DNA from: Nitrospiria bacterium
Lineage (GTDB): Bacteria > Nitrospirota > Nitrospiria > Nitrospirales > NS-4
Length of the DNA stretch: 64,000 bases
Direction of reading: 5' to 3'
Assembly (NCBI GenBank): GCA_041490525.1
Contig: JBGPTH010000017.1
Location: 52 to 64,051 of the forward strand
Shown one piece after another: positions 26,179-36,024 of this stretch. A program made the position numbers and the translations under genes. The notes under the pieces were generated by a model. That model was not told the DNA's origin. It worked only from the letters and a program-made list of their open reading frames with translations, and searched no databases. Each line of letters starts with the position of its first letter. Position 1 is the stretch's first letter.

Positions 26179-28539
26179 TCAATGCAGGGGGCTGGAACAC
26201 TCCGCCAGCATGGCCGCTGCCACGGACCCCTGACCGCTCACTCGAGCGCCCACGCGAATCCCCGGAGGGACCTGACTGAGACACCGGGCAACCCCCACTC
26301 CAGCCCTGAGCTGCCGGTCCCCTCTTGCGGGAAGCGTGACCGCCATCGGGCTGACCTGGTAATCCCTGGGGGAGAACCCCAACCCCGTCGCACTGACTTC
26401 GACATCCACCGGTTGCCCCACCCACCTGAGGCTGTGGTCACCGGGGCAATAGAACCGGCCCGTGCTGACCCGAAGCCCGGAGCCGTCCGACATGGGGAAG
26501 GTCTCGTACACCTCGTCGACTCCAGCCGTCCGGACCCCGACGAGGACCCCGGCCCCCGCTTCCCGAACCGCGCACGCGAGCATCTCCGCTGTCCCCGCAG
26601 TGCGCTCGTTGACCAGGACCACCAGCCGCCCCTTGGGACGGGCCGGCCCGTCCGATCGGTACTCGGTCCGGTCCCCCGTCTTCCTGGCGATCACCGAGGT
26701 GATGAGGTGCCCCTTCGGCAGGAGGCTCATGGCGGTGGCAACCGCAGGCTCCAGCTCCGATCCAGTATTATCACGCAAGTCGAGGAGAAAGGCTCCGGCC
26801 CCCTCGGGCGAGCCCGTGCCGCCGGCCATCCACACCTGCACCTGCCCCGCGGTGCGTTGGTCGAATCGGGGCAATTTCAAATAGTTGACGTCTCCTTCAA
26901 AGACGGTCTGGATGATCTCCTGTCGCCCCCAGCCCGATGCGGCGATCGCCTGCGCTCCCGCATCCGTGGTGGAGTCCCGACCCAGGCCTCGTCGCTCCTG
27001 TCCGGAGACGACCCGCACGCCCGGACCCAGTTCGGTGAGGACCCCATCCACGGCCGCATTTTCCAGGCTACGCGCCGAGCCCTGATGGGAGACCAGGAGA
27101 AACTTCTGGGCCGCTTCGTACGCGCGAACGGCCTGCCGGAGGCCGGTCTTCCCCAACGTCCCTCGCAAAGGACGCAGGTCAAGCGTCAGGGATCGCCCCC
27201 CCTCGGTCAGGATCAGCTTGTCCGTCTGGGTCTCGACGGCGGAGCCGGGAGTAACCTCCACCATGGCCTCGACCGCCCGTATCATCACCCGATCAAAAGG
27301 AAGCAGCCGCATATACTCGTCCTGGGCGATCTGGAGGACATCAGCCAAAGTCCGGGAAGACACCGCGGGAGCGACGGCCTCGCGAGAAATTCCCCGAACC
27401 TGCCCGGCGGTGGGGATTCCTTTCGCTCCCTCCTGCCGCTCGGCAAGGACCGTGGCGAGCGGCGCGGAGGCCGTTCCCGCCACCCGATACAGATACACGG
27501 TGCGCTGCACCGCCACCGCCAGGAAGGCTCCATCCGGCGAATAGGCCATGTCCGAGATGGGCAAGAGGTGACGCTTGGACCAGATCGGATGGGACTGGCG
27601 AGACTCGATGACCAGCACTTTGCCGTTGTCCTGCCCAAGGGCGAGCTGTCGGCCATCCGGCGAGAACGCCAGGGCCTTCACCGCCGAGGATCCCTTGAAC
27701 TCCACCACCGCTCGCTCTGCCTTTCGATCCCAGAGCACCGTTTTTCCATCCCGCCGGCCGTACGCCAGGACCTGCCCGTCGGGCGAGAAGGCCGCGCTGG
27801 TGATCGCGAGACCCTCGTCGCGATTGGAGGTGATCTTGACCGGCATGGACCGAGGGACGGTGAAGCTCCAGACCGCCAACCCACCCTTCATCATACCCAC
27901 CGCCAGGTCCTTGCTCTCCGGCGAGAACGCCAAAGCGGAGACCGGCCCGAATTGTTGGACGACCTTGATGATGCCCCCTGTGGTCATGTCCATGAAGCCC
28001 AACGGAAACGTGGGATCCAGACTGCCGGAAGCGACCCACTTCCCGTCGGGGGAGAAGGCCATGGCCGTGATCTCGCTCTTCTGATGGAGAAGGCGAGGAA
28101 GGGTCTTCGCGGCGGCCGAGGACCGGATCAGCCGGCCCGAGGCGTCCCCGGCCACCCATTTCCTTCCATCGGGCGACACGGCAATCGCGGTCACCGCGCG
28201 CGGGAACTTCAAGGCCGCCTCCAGCGCGCCCTGTTCCACATTCCACACCTGAACCATTCCTTGAGTGCAGGCTGCGCTTTCCTGCGTGGCCCTGCCGTCC
28301 TGGCACCCCGCAACGGCCAGGGTGCGCCCTCCCTGGGAAAAAGCAAGGCGGGTCACCCGCCCTTCAAACTTGAACTGCTGGGCCATTTCGAAACCCGTGG
28401 ATTCCAGGCTGTCGCCCTTGCCGGTCGGCGGCAGTACCTGGCACGCCACGGCCAGGCTGAACACCACCGGCGTCAGGAGCAGGGAAGCCTTGTAGTACAG
28501 GAGATTGGGAGAGAAGCCGGGGCTGGTGTTGTCCATCAC
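26179..28539 (-). CDS. Probable lipoprotein: WD40 beta-propeller fused to a degenerate S41 (CtpA-like) peptidase domain
   Basis: Lipobox-like LAVAC; about 7 repeats of the A[FY]SPDG type; then NYLKLPRF, LLDLRDNTG, LVVLVNERTAGTAE, LVGVRTAG, DGSGLRVSTGRFY. Confidence 0.8.
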   Translation of the reverse strand: MMDNTSPGFSPNLLYYKASLLLTPVVFSLAVACQVLPPTGKGDSLESTGFEMAQQFKFEGRVTRLAFSQGGRTLAVAGCQDGRATQESAACTQGMVQVWNVEQGALEAALKFPRAVTAIAVSPDGRKWVAGDASGRLIRSSAAAKTLPRLLHQKSEITAMAFSPDGKWVASGSLDPTFPLGFMDMTTGGIIKVVQQFGPVSALAFSPESKDLAVGMMKGGLAVWSFTVPRSMPVKITSNRDEGLAITSAAFSPDGQVLAYGRRDGKTVLWDRKAERAVVEFKGSSAVKALAFSPDGRQLALGQDNGKVLVIESRQSHPIWSKRHLLPISDMAYSPDGAFLAVAVQRTVYLYRVAGTASAPLATVLAERQEGAKGIPTAGQVRGISREAVAPAVSSRTLADVLQIAQDEYMRLLPFDRVMIRAVEAMVEVTPGSAVETQTDKLILTEGGRSLTLDLRPLRGTLGKTGLRQAVRAYEAAQKFLLVSHQGSARSLENAAVDGVLTELGPGVRVVSGQERRGLGRDSTTDAGAQAIAASGWGRQEIIQTVFEGDVNYLKLPRFDQRTAGQVQVWMAGGTGSPEGAGAFLLDLRDNTGSELEPAVATAMSLLPKGHLITSVIARKTGDRTEYRSDGPARPKGRLVVLVNERTAGTAEMLACAVREAGAGVLVGVRTAGVDEVYETFPMSDGSGLRVSTGRFYCPGDHSLRWVGQPVDVEVSATGLGFSPRDYQVSPMAVTLPARGDRQLRAGVGVARCLSQVPPGIRVGARVSGQGSVAAAMLAECSSPLH

Positions 28540-28570
28540 GCTTATTGAAAGACGGCCATTAATGGGGCAG

Positions 28571-29938
28571 CTACCGGTTAAGGGCGTTGATCCCGACGAT
28601 CAAAGAGAATCCCGTGAGGAACAATCCCGTCACAAATCCCGCGAGCGCGATATAATCTTGCCAATTCTTGAAGGTCTTCTCGAGGACCACGATGCTGTCT
28701 CCGTTATTGACCTCGGTCGTGCCGACGTATGGCTCCACGGCGCCGTCCGCGCGTTTGATGAACGACTTCTCCAGATCGGCGGTGAGGGAGGCACCGCCGG
28801 CCTCCATCAGATAGGCATCAGCCGGCCTGCCGGGGACATACACGTAGGCGGCAGGCAGCTTCACCGCGCCGGCGACCAGGACCCTCCGGATCGAGGCCGG
28901 GATATAAACTTGATCCCCGCGCTCCAGAAGCACATTCTGGCTTTCATCCCCCTCGATATAGTACCGCCGAAGGTCCGCGGGAATGCGCATCATTCCCTGG
29001 GGCGCTTCTGAGACCCGCTGGATGAAGACCCCTTCCAGGTCCCACCAGGGACTGACGCCTCCCACTTCGCTGATCAGCGTGGATAACCGCTCCCCTTCTT
29101 TCAGTTCGACCGTGTACGGGATTGAATCCTCGATCAGGCCCGTCGCCCCCGAAGTCCGAGGCGCGATTTCGCTGATATAGACCGAGACACGACGGTCTCC
29201 CATGGGCGGGACAAAGATCACATCGCCGTCATGGACGTACGGATTCCCAGATTGATCCCCTTTTCGAAGGAAGGCCGCAATGTCGGCGGTTGCATACACT
29301 TGCCCGGTTTTTTGGACCTGAATACGCCGCTGACTGCCGCCGGGCAGTGCCCCCCCCGCCTGAGCGATGAGGTCGGAAACGCGCTTGACCGGCGTCGCCA
29401 GGTAGGTGCCCGGCAGCAGGATCTCCCCCAACACCTGCACCTCAAACACCCGTAACGAGGTAAGGCTCAGCCCGCTCTTGACGTTTCGGTAATACCGCTT
29501 TACCTCGGTCTGGATGAGGGACTCGGCCTCGGTCAGACTCAATCCTTTGACGCTCAGGTTGCCGATCGTCGGAAGGCTGATTTTCCCGTCCGGGGTAACC
29601 CACACGACGTAATTGGCATCGTATTCTCCCCACAGGGAAATGGACAGGCCGTCACCCGGGCCCAGAATATATTGATCCGGTACCACAGCCCTGGACAGCG
29701 CCTGCCCTCCCGGCAGTTGACTTTCCGCCGGTGTCTGGGACACGACCCCACCCCTTCCTGGAACAGGTTGAACGCCAGCGCGCCCCATGCCGGGGATCGA
29801 AGAACGCGGGGAGCCTGGACCGGCCGGTCCAGGCGGCAGTGGCGACGATTTCGACACCTGACCCCAGGCCATGCCCCCAGGGCACAGGACAAATTGGACC
29901 ACGAGTATCACCGCGACGAGGCGATTCAACTTGTTCAT
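28571..29938 (-). CDS. Polysaccharide export protein with SLBB domains (Wza/KpsD-like)
   Basis: YILGPGD, VTPDGKISLPTIG, VLGEILLPGTY, VAGAVKLP, DGDVIFVP. Confidence 0.85.
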   Translation of the reverse strand: MNKLNRLVAVILVVQFVLCPGGMAWGQVSKSSPLPPGPAGPGSPRSSIPGMGRAGVQPVPGRGGVVSQTPAESQLPGGQALSRAVVPDQYILGPGDGLSISLWGEYDANYVVWVTPDGKISLPTIGNLSVKGLSLTEAESLIQTEVKRYYRNVKSGLSLTSLRVFEVQVLGEILLPGTYLATPVKRVSDLIAQAGGALPGGSQRRIQVQKTGQVYATADIAAFLRKGDQSGNPYVHDGDVIFVPPMGDRRVSVYISEIAPRTSGATGLIEDSIPYTVELKEGERLSTLISEVGGVSPWWDLEGVFIQRVSEAPQGMMRIPADLRRYYIEGDESQNVLLERGDQVYIPASIRRVLVAGAVKLPAAYVYVPGRPADAYLMEAGGASLTADLEKSFIKRADGAVEPYVGTTEVNNGDSIVVLEKTFKNWQDYIALAGFVTGLFLTGFSLIVGINALNR

Positions 29939-29974
29939 GAAAAAACCTCAGGAAATAGGGGGAAGGAATGGCAA

Positions 29975-30003
29975 TCTATAGCACCACGGGCATTGAATGT
30001 CAA
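29975..30003 (-). promoter_or_regulatory. Putative sigma70 promoter of the export operon
   Basis: Minus strand TTGACA, 17 bp, TATAGA, preceded by TG-n (extended -10). Confidence 0.5.
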
Positions 30004-30110
30004 AGCACACTGACGACCGATCATCGGCGAGAACCAGAGAAGAACCAGCCCTTGGCTGAGAACAGCGCTGTCGGCCGGACAGCCCGGCCCGTTTTCCCGC
30101 GACCCTGCGA

Positions 30111-31439
30111 TCAGCTCTGCAGGCGTTCCATCTCCTTGGCAGGGACTGGGAGGCCCTCGGTCCTGTCTCCATTGCCCTTGAGGTAACCGGTGGCAGGACT
30201 GCCGGCCCCCTGGGTCAAGGAAACTGCGGCGGCTTCCTGAGCCTTAAGGGTCTCCAGGTAGTTGAAGAAGAAAACGAGTACAAGTCCCAGGACGAGCGAG
30301 GCAGCGCCCGCGACCTGGAGGTTGAATAGATTATTCGGCCTGCTCTTGCGCTCGGGCGGAACGGCAGAATCCAGCACCTGGATCGTTGGCAGGTCGCGGA
30401 CTTCAGCAATCTTGGCCTGTTCCAGCATCCCGACCAGCATCCCGTACACCGACTCTTCGATCTTGACCTGCCTGGTCAGACGGATGAAGTCGAGGTGAAA
30501 AGCCGGCATCTCTTCGAACGAGGGGAACAGCTTGCTTGGCCGGACGGTCTTAGCTCCCGGTTTTGTCCCAATCCCCTGGACCTGACTTCGCTCCATGCGA
30601 TCCAGCTCATCCCGCAATTGCTGAATTCGGACTCGCAATTGATTGATCATGGGATTCGAAGGTGTGGCATATTCCCTTAAAGCGGCGAGCTCGACCTCAA
30701 GCCCGACGATCTCGCCCCTAATGTTCGCAGCCCCAATGTTCGCAGCCCCAGCCGTCGCCGCTATAGCCTGTTCGGCATATCCAAGGAACCGATGCTCCCT
30801 CTGAAATGCATTCAAAGCACTTTCCGCCTCAGCCAGCTTTAGGGCCTTCTCTTCCAGCCTCTTTTCGATAAACAGGCGGTTCCGCTTGGTGGAGGTGATG
30901 TTGATTTCCTGGTTAAGGCGGTCGAGGTTCAAGATGTAGGAATTGGCTATATCCGCTGCCATTTTCGGGTCACGGGTCAGCACGATGATCTCGATCATCT
31001 TCTGTTTATTGATCCTGACATCAGACTCTCGGCGAAGGGCCTCGATGGTCTTGTCCAGCAAGGTCTCACCGTAATATTCCTTCAGGTTGAGTTGGCTAAT
31101 GACCGCCTCCGCCAACGTGCGGGAGAGCAGGATGGCATGGAGCGTTTCCAGCACGCTTGGGCCGGCTTTGGGACCCCCAAAGGCCTCCATGCTCATCGTC
31201 ATGCCGCCCTTATCCTTTTCTGTCCCCCCGAGGTTAATTCCGCCGCCTCCGATGTCCTGCTTGGCAGGGAACACGGATGCTTTGGCCTCATAGAGTTTAG
31301 GCAGAAAGAAGACGGACAGGAACCCGGTGATCACGACCGTGGTGACCACCAGCCCCGCGATCATCCAGCGGTACTGGAGGAGGATCCTCCAGTAATCCAG
31401 GATCGTGGGTTCTCGTCTGGGATTAGCCTGTTCCATCAA
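30111..31439 (-). CDS. Polysaccharide chain-length regulator (Wzz/GumC-like, GNVR domain)
   Basis: N- and C-terminal TM helices, YEAKAS, a long coiled coil, IQVLDSAVPPERKSRP. Confidence 0.85.
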   Translation of the reverse strand: MMEQANPRREPTILDYWRILLQYRWMIAGLVVTTVVITGFLSVFFLPKLYEAKASVFPAKQDIGGGGINLGGTEKDKGGMTMSMEAFGGPKAGPSVLETLHAILLSRTLAEAVISQLNLKEYYGETLLDKTIEALRRESDVRINKQKMIEIIVLTRDPKMAADIANSYILNLDRLNQEINITSTKRNRLFIEKRLEEKALKLAEAESALNAFQREHRFLGYAEQAIAATAGAANIGAANIRGEIVGLEVELAALREYATPSNPMINQLRVRIQQLRDELDRMERSQVQGIGTKPGAKTVRPSKLFPSFEEMPAFHLDFIRLTRQVKIEESVYGMLVGMLEQAKIAEVRDLPTIQVLDSAVPPERKSRPNNLFNLQVAGAASLVLGLVLVFFFNYLETLKAQEAAAVSLTQGAGSPATGYLKGNGDRTEGLPVPAKEMERLQS

Positions 31440-31976
31440 ACCTATTGCCTATGGGCTCCGTTTTGCAAGGACCCATCAAGCCGTTCTTCGTTGTAGAGAC
31501 GTAACGCTAGCAGGAGCAACTCCCTAAAAGCAAGCATAACTGAGCTTTTCAGAAATCCTCGCTAGGTTAATCCGCTGAAAATGGTTAGCCGAGATCTCCC
31601 CCGGCAAAGGACTTCCCTGGTCCTTCCCCTGTCGGCCAAACGACGACAAACCGACCAGCAAAATTCGACAGAAGAATCGAGTTTCTTCAGGCAAGATTTG
31701 GCCACCGGACGTGGTATGTTGCCTCGCGTCGTATGCAGCAAACTGGATGTGGGGTTCTCCCTGAACCTTTACCGATAATGTTCACGGATTGGCCAAAAAA
31801 TATTAATAATTTTAACCTTTTATCATTCATCTGAAGTCTGAATGAAAATTCCCATAACTGTAAAATAAACTGAAAGTGTCAATAAAAAAAAGAAGAAGTG
31901 GAAAAAACAAAAATGAAGTTATCTATTAATGTTTTTCAGGTCTTATATGATTTTCCCCGATTAAAAACTCATTGCA

Positions 31977-31993
31977 TGTCAGAAATTTTTACA
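31977..31993 (+). promoter_or_regulatory. Putative enhancer (TGT-N11-ACA, PEP-CTERM/PrsR-type box)
   Basis: TGTCAGAAATTTTTACA about 55 bp upstream of a sigma54 site, in AT-rich DNA. Confidence 0.6.
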
Positions 31994-32045
31994 TTTCACA
32001 TAGTTTCAAAATATTGTTAAGCCTTTAACTACTTGAAAAAATAAG

Positions 32046-32062
32046 TCGGCACATATCCTGCA
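32046..32062 (+). promoter_or_regulatory. Sigma54 (-24/-12) promoter
   Basis: TCGGCACATATCCTGCA has exact GG-N10-GC spacing. Confidence 0.7.
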
Positions 32063-32154
32063 TACTTATGATTGTGGGTTGGCATATGAAAGAGATTTAC
32101 ACAGGGGAATCTTCTAAACAACAATCTTCTAAAGATCAGGAAAGGATAGTCACC

Positions 32155-32877
32155 ATGATCAAACAATGCGCGTTTCTCTCGTTATTTATCCTGGTTGGAC
32201 TCACAGCGTTACCAGTTGGGGCCACCACGATTACCACGTTTAGCGACAAGACCACCTTCCTTGCGGGAACCGGCGCTACCTCCGCCACGGGCGCGCTCCC
32301 AAACTTAGGACTCATCTCCGGTGGAGCGAGTGCAAGCCAGACCGTTGGGAGCGTCACATTCACCATTACTGCACCTAGTACTGAACTCTACGTGGGAACT
32401 CTGGGCCTGCCTTTTTCAACCTGGACGACCCTCCTTCCCGGAAACCAAATTGCCATCAGTGGAGTTAAAAATCTGAATGGTACTTTAGCGGGTCCCGTAT
32501 ATGCTTATGGGTTCGATTTTGTGGCGCCGTTACTTGATTCTCCACCTGGGAAACCGTCAGGGTACTACTGTCCTTGTGTAGATACTACCTTTACCGAGAC
32601 CCTCAAAAATAGTGGGGCGACCGTTGGGTCATTTACATTCGATGCTGCTCCGCATGATGTAGCGGCGTTCGTCGGGGTCCAGAGTAGTTCTGCCTTTGAC
32701 CGGGTAGAAATCAGCCAGATCGGTGACGGGACTGGCAACAAGTATTTCGGACAGGTCTACACCGCCACGACCTCACCGTCATTGGTGGCAAACCCAGAAC
32801 CCTCCACGGTGTTGCTCATGGGGATGGGGTCAGGAGCGCTGTTATTGTGGGGGCGGTATCGCAAAATGAACGTCTGA
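32155..32877 (+). CDS. PEP-CTERM sorting-domain surface protein
   Basis: AAGGA RBS, signal peptide, Thr/Ser/Gly-rich body, C-terminal NPEPSTVLLMGMGSGALLLWGRYRK. Confidence 0.9.
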   Translation: MIKQCAFLSLFILVGLTALPVGATTITTFSDKTTFLAGTGATSATGALPNLGLISGGASASQTVGSVTFTITAPSTELYVGTLGLPFSTWTTLLPGNQIAISGVKNLNGTLAGPVYAYGFDFVAPLLDSPPGKPSGYYCPCVDTTFTETLKNSGATVGSFTFDAAPHDVAAFVGVQSSSAFDRVEISQIGDGTGNKYFGQVYTATTSPSLVANPEPSTVLLMGMGSGALLLWGRYRKMNV

Positions 32878-32897
32878 AGCGAATTTGATTTCGCTTC
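32876..32897. terminator. Hairpin between convergent genes
   Basis: GAAGCGAA-TTTGAT-TTCGCTTC; the U-tract is weak. Confidence 0.35.
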
Positions 32898-32931
32898 TTA
32901 CTGCATTACAGTAAGCGGTTTTCGTTTTCGA

Positions 32932-34938
32932 CTAGGACGGGTGCCTGGGGTTATTTCCTGGGCTGGCAGTTTGACGCCACGAACTTGGGCTCAGGCTTCT
33001 ATCACTCAGCTCGCGCACGGGTAATTCCTGCACCTTTTGCCCGCCCACAGAAAATTCAAGTATTTTCAGCGCAATCTTCTCTTCCGTCTCCCCATTTTTT
33101 CCTCCGTCTCCTTGTGGCCTGTAGGTCGGCACCAATTCACAAAGCAACTCGATCACAGCCTTGGATTCACCCTGGGCTGCAAGCCTCTCCATCTCCGCGA
33201 CCTTTGGCACCAAAAAAGCCGGCTCGGGCACACAGGCTGACTGTACCCGGAATATCTTTTCAACCAAGGACGGCTCCACTGTTTCATCTTTTCCCACCAA
33301 CTCCTCAAAGAGCTTCTCACCCGGCCGCATCCCCACGAACACGATCGGTATCTCTTCTTCCGGCACAAAACCGGATAATCGAATCAGGTTCCTGGCCATA
33401 TCCAGAACCTTGATTTGCTCGCCCATCTCCAACGCAAAGATCTCGCCACCCTTCACCATCGCTGCCGCATGCAGCACTAGTTGCACCGCCTCAGGGATCA
33501 ACATGAAATACCGACGCACCTCAGGATGGGTAACCGTGACAGGCCCTCCGCCCCTGATCTGCTCAAGAAAGCGAGGGACCACACTGCCATTGCTGCCCAG
33601 AACATTCCCGAATCTAACCACGGCAAACATCGCATTGCCGGAATTCGTCATGCCTTGTACCAGAAATTCCGCCACACGTTTGCTCGCCCCCATGACGCTT
33701 GTGGGGTTTACAGCCTTGTCGGTGGAGATCAGCACAAACCGTTCGACCCCATGGCGGCACGAAGCCTCGATCACAATCCGCGTCCCGAGCACATTATTCT
33801 TCACCGCCTCGCAGGGATTTAACTCCATGAGCGGCACATGCTTGTGTGCCGCAGCATGGAAAACGATCTCAGGATGGTGCTCAACCATCACCGCATTCAT
33901 TCGTTCAGAATCGGTCACATCTCCGATCACGGAATGGACAAGGCATGAACCGCCGCGGGACGCCAATTCGTTGGCCACTGCGTAGAGCCCGTTTTCATAT
34001 CGTTCATAGAGAACCACCGCGGACGGTTGAAACGAAACGATTTGCCGGCACAGTTCCGAACCGATCGACCCGCCGGCACCGGTCACCAAAACCCGTTTAC
34101 CCGCGATCAGATGCCGGATGGTACCGGCGTCAAGCCCAACCGGAGCCCGTTCCAGCAAGTCTTCGATTGACAAGCTTCGGATCTGAGTCGCTTCGGCCTT
34201 ACCATCCAGGAGCTCCCGCAGGTTGGGCAGTGTCTTGATGGGCACCTTGAATGGTTGAAGAGACTTCACAATCGTGCGGATCTCGGTCAGGCTTGCCCGA
34301 GGCATCGCCACCAATACCGCGTGCGGCTCCTTTTGGGCGATCACCTCGGCGAGGGAGTCCCGCATCCCCAGTATTTTCACCCCGTGAACCCGCCGTCCCA
34401 CCTTATTCGGGTCATCATCGATAAAACCGATCGGTTCATACTCATAGAACGGATTGTTTTTCATGTCCCGGACAATCATCTCCCCTGCGTCGCCGGCACC
34501 ATAGATCAACAATCGTTTTCCCCGATCCACATGCCCAAGCTCCCGGAAAATCCTCCTGGTAAGACGGACCCCGCCCAGAAAGAAGACGAGAAGAATCGAA
34601 TCAATGATATGGACCGACCTCGGATAGTCGGTCAGCTTCAACACCCAATGGATCAGGGCATAGAACAGAAGCGTGCTCGAGAGCACCGCGCCGACAATGT
34701 TCCGCAGGTCCAAAATACTCGTATAACGCCAAAGCCCTTCATAAAGGCGAAATGGAATCAAGGTGAGGCCACGAATCACCACCAACCACGGCAGCATTTG
34801 AACCATCTGCGCCATATTTTTGTCCGGGATCTCTCCATCAAACCTGAGCCAAAAAGCCAGGTAGTTGGCGAGCGCGACGAGAGCCAACTGGAGCCCAATG
34901 ACGAGAAACCGGCGGGGCTTTAAGATGAGGCGCATCAT
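32932..34938 (-). CDS. Membrane-bound UDP-GlcNAc 4,6-dehydratase (CapD/WbpM/PglF family)
   Basis: TM N-terminus, YGAGDAG, VTGAGGSIGSEL, HAAAHKHVP, STDKAVNP, RFGNVLGSNGSVVP, RPGEKL. ATG 34938 overlaps the upstream TGA. Confidence 0.93.
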   Translation of the reverse strand: MMRLILKPRRFLVIGLQLALVALANYLAFWLRFDGEIPDKNMAQMVQMLPWLVVIRGLTLIPFRLYEGLWRYTSILDLRNIVGAVLSSTLLFYALIHWVLKLTDYPRSVHIIDSILLVFFLGGVRLTRRIFRELGHVDRGKRLLIYGAGDAGEMIVRDMKNNPFYEYEPIGFIDDDPNKVGRRVHGVKILGMRDSLAEVIAQKEPHAVLVAMPRASLTEIRTIVKSLQPFKVPIKTLPNLRELLDGKAEATQIRSLSIEDLLERAPVGLDAGTIRHLIAGKRVLVTGAGGSIGSELCRQIVSFQPSAVVLYERYENGLYAVANELASRGGSCLVHSVIGDVTDSERMNAVMVEHHPEIVFHAAAHKHVPLMELNPCEAVKNNVLGTRIVIEASCRHGVERFVLISTDKAVNPTSVMGASKRVAEFLVQGMTNSGNAMFAVVRFGNVLGSNGSVVPRFLEQIRGGGPVTVTHPEVRRYFMLIPEAVQLVLHAAAMVKGGEIFALEMGEQIKVLDMARNLIRLSGFVPEEEIPIVFVGMRPGEKLFEELVGKDETVEPSLVEKIFRVQSACVPEPAFLVPKVAEMERLAAQGESKAVIELLCELVPTYRPQGDGGKNGETEEKIALKILEFSVGGQKVQELPVRELSDRSLSPSSWRQTASPGNNPRHPS

Positions 34939-36014
34939 TGACCTCTGAGTTGCCTTCTGTACTGCTGTTCTACGGTACGGACGCCGTAAGCCAAGAGGCA
35001 GTATGTGATGCCCCACCCCAGCAATAAGACAAGTCGCCACTCATTGGTGGTCTTCATGTACAGGGTGGCACTGAGCCCGCAGGCGCACATCACGGCATAC
35101 TCGGCCCATACCGTTTTGCGGTGCCCCCATCCTGCCAGAGCCAGGCGTTGGTAGTAGTGCTCTCGATGCGCATGCAAGACCTTTTCTCCTCGCAGCAGGC
35201 GCCGGAACAACGTCACCGTGGCATCGACGATGAACGGAGAGAAGATCAGCATCGGCACCCAGATGTCAAATCGGCCCCCGTGAATGCCCACCAAGGCAAG
35301 GGCCCCTGCCAGAAACCCCAAGGGAATGCTCCCAACATCGCCCATAAAAATCCTGGCAGGGGGCATATTATAAAAGAGAAATCCGCCTGCAGAACCGGCG
35401 ATCAGAAGAGAGAGCATCGAAAGAACTTGATCCCCCGCTGCCCAGGCAATATAGCTGAGAAAACCAAACCCCACAACCGCCATCCCACCGGCAAACCCAT
35501 CCATGCCATCCATGAAATTGTACAAGTTGGTCATCCACATCAGGGACAGCATCGTAAACGGGGCAGCCATCCACCCCAGTACCCACGTGGCGGCAAGCGG
35601 TAGGGTGATCGTCTCGATCATCAAACCGGCGCCCCACACCAGGATCCCCGCCACCACCGCATGAGTTCCAAACCGAACCAGGCGGGACAAGCCTTTACGG
35701 TCATCCAAGAAGGAGAACGCGCCCAGGAACAATGCCAGCCCCACAAGCCACAAAATCTTGGTCGCCTCTTTCTCCCCTTGTGGGCCAACAATATAAGCTC
35801 CAGACCCTTGGAGGAACAAGCTTAGTGAGAGGCCGACGAGCAAACTGCCGAGGACCGCAAGGCCGCCTGTGCGCGGAGTAGGCGTGACATGCAGGGACCG
35901 CTCGTTAGGGCGATCGAGGGTATAGAGCCATGCGGAAGGCGAACAGAGACGGCCGGTAAGCCACCGGGCTAAAAGAAACACCACTGCGACTACACCAAGG
36001 CCGCCCAGATTCAT
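34935..36014 (-). CDS. Undecaprenyl-phosphate sugar-1-phosphate transferase (WecA/WbpL, MraY family)
   Basis: DRPNERSLH..PTPRTGG, NLYNFMDGMDG, IFMGDVGS, HREHYYQ. Confidence 0.92.
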   Translation of the reverse strand: MNLGGLGVVAVVFLLARWLTGRLCSPSAWLYTLDRPNERSLHVTPTPRTGGLAVLGSLLVGLSLSLFLQGSGAYIVGPQGEKEATKILWLVGLALFLGAFSFLDDRKGLSRLVRFGTHAVVAGILVWGAGLMIETITLPLAATWVLGWMAAPFTMLSLMWMTNLYNFMDGMDGFAGGMAVVGFGFLSYIAWAAGDQVLSMLSLLIAGSAGGFLFYNMPPARIFMGDVGSIPLGFLAGALALVGIHGGRFDIWVPMLIFSPFIVDATVTLFRRLLRGEKVLHAHREHYYQRLALAGWGHRKTVWAEYAVMCACGLSATLYMKTTNEWRLVLLLGWGITYCLLAYGVRTVEQQYRRQLRGQ

Positions 36015-36024
36015 TTCATGCCAT

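Noticed and set aside
26086-28548. 820-aa plus-strand ORF, and similar long antisense ORFs (11909-13324, 13071-14303, 19605-20951, 5144-6259)
   Set aside because: Shadow frames opposite well-supported genes in GC-rich DNA, with no recognisable motifs.
31440-32060. AT-rich intergenic region as replication origin or ncRNA
   Set aside because: No DnaA-box cluster or stable structure seen; explained by divergent promoters and the sigma54 enhancer region.
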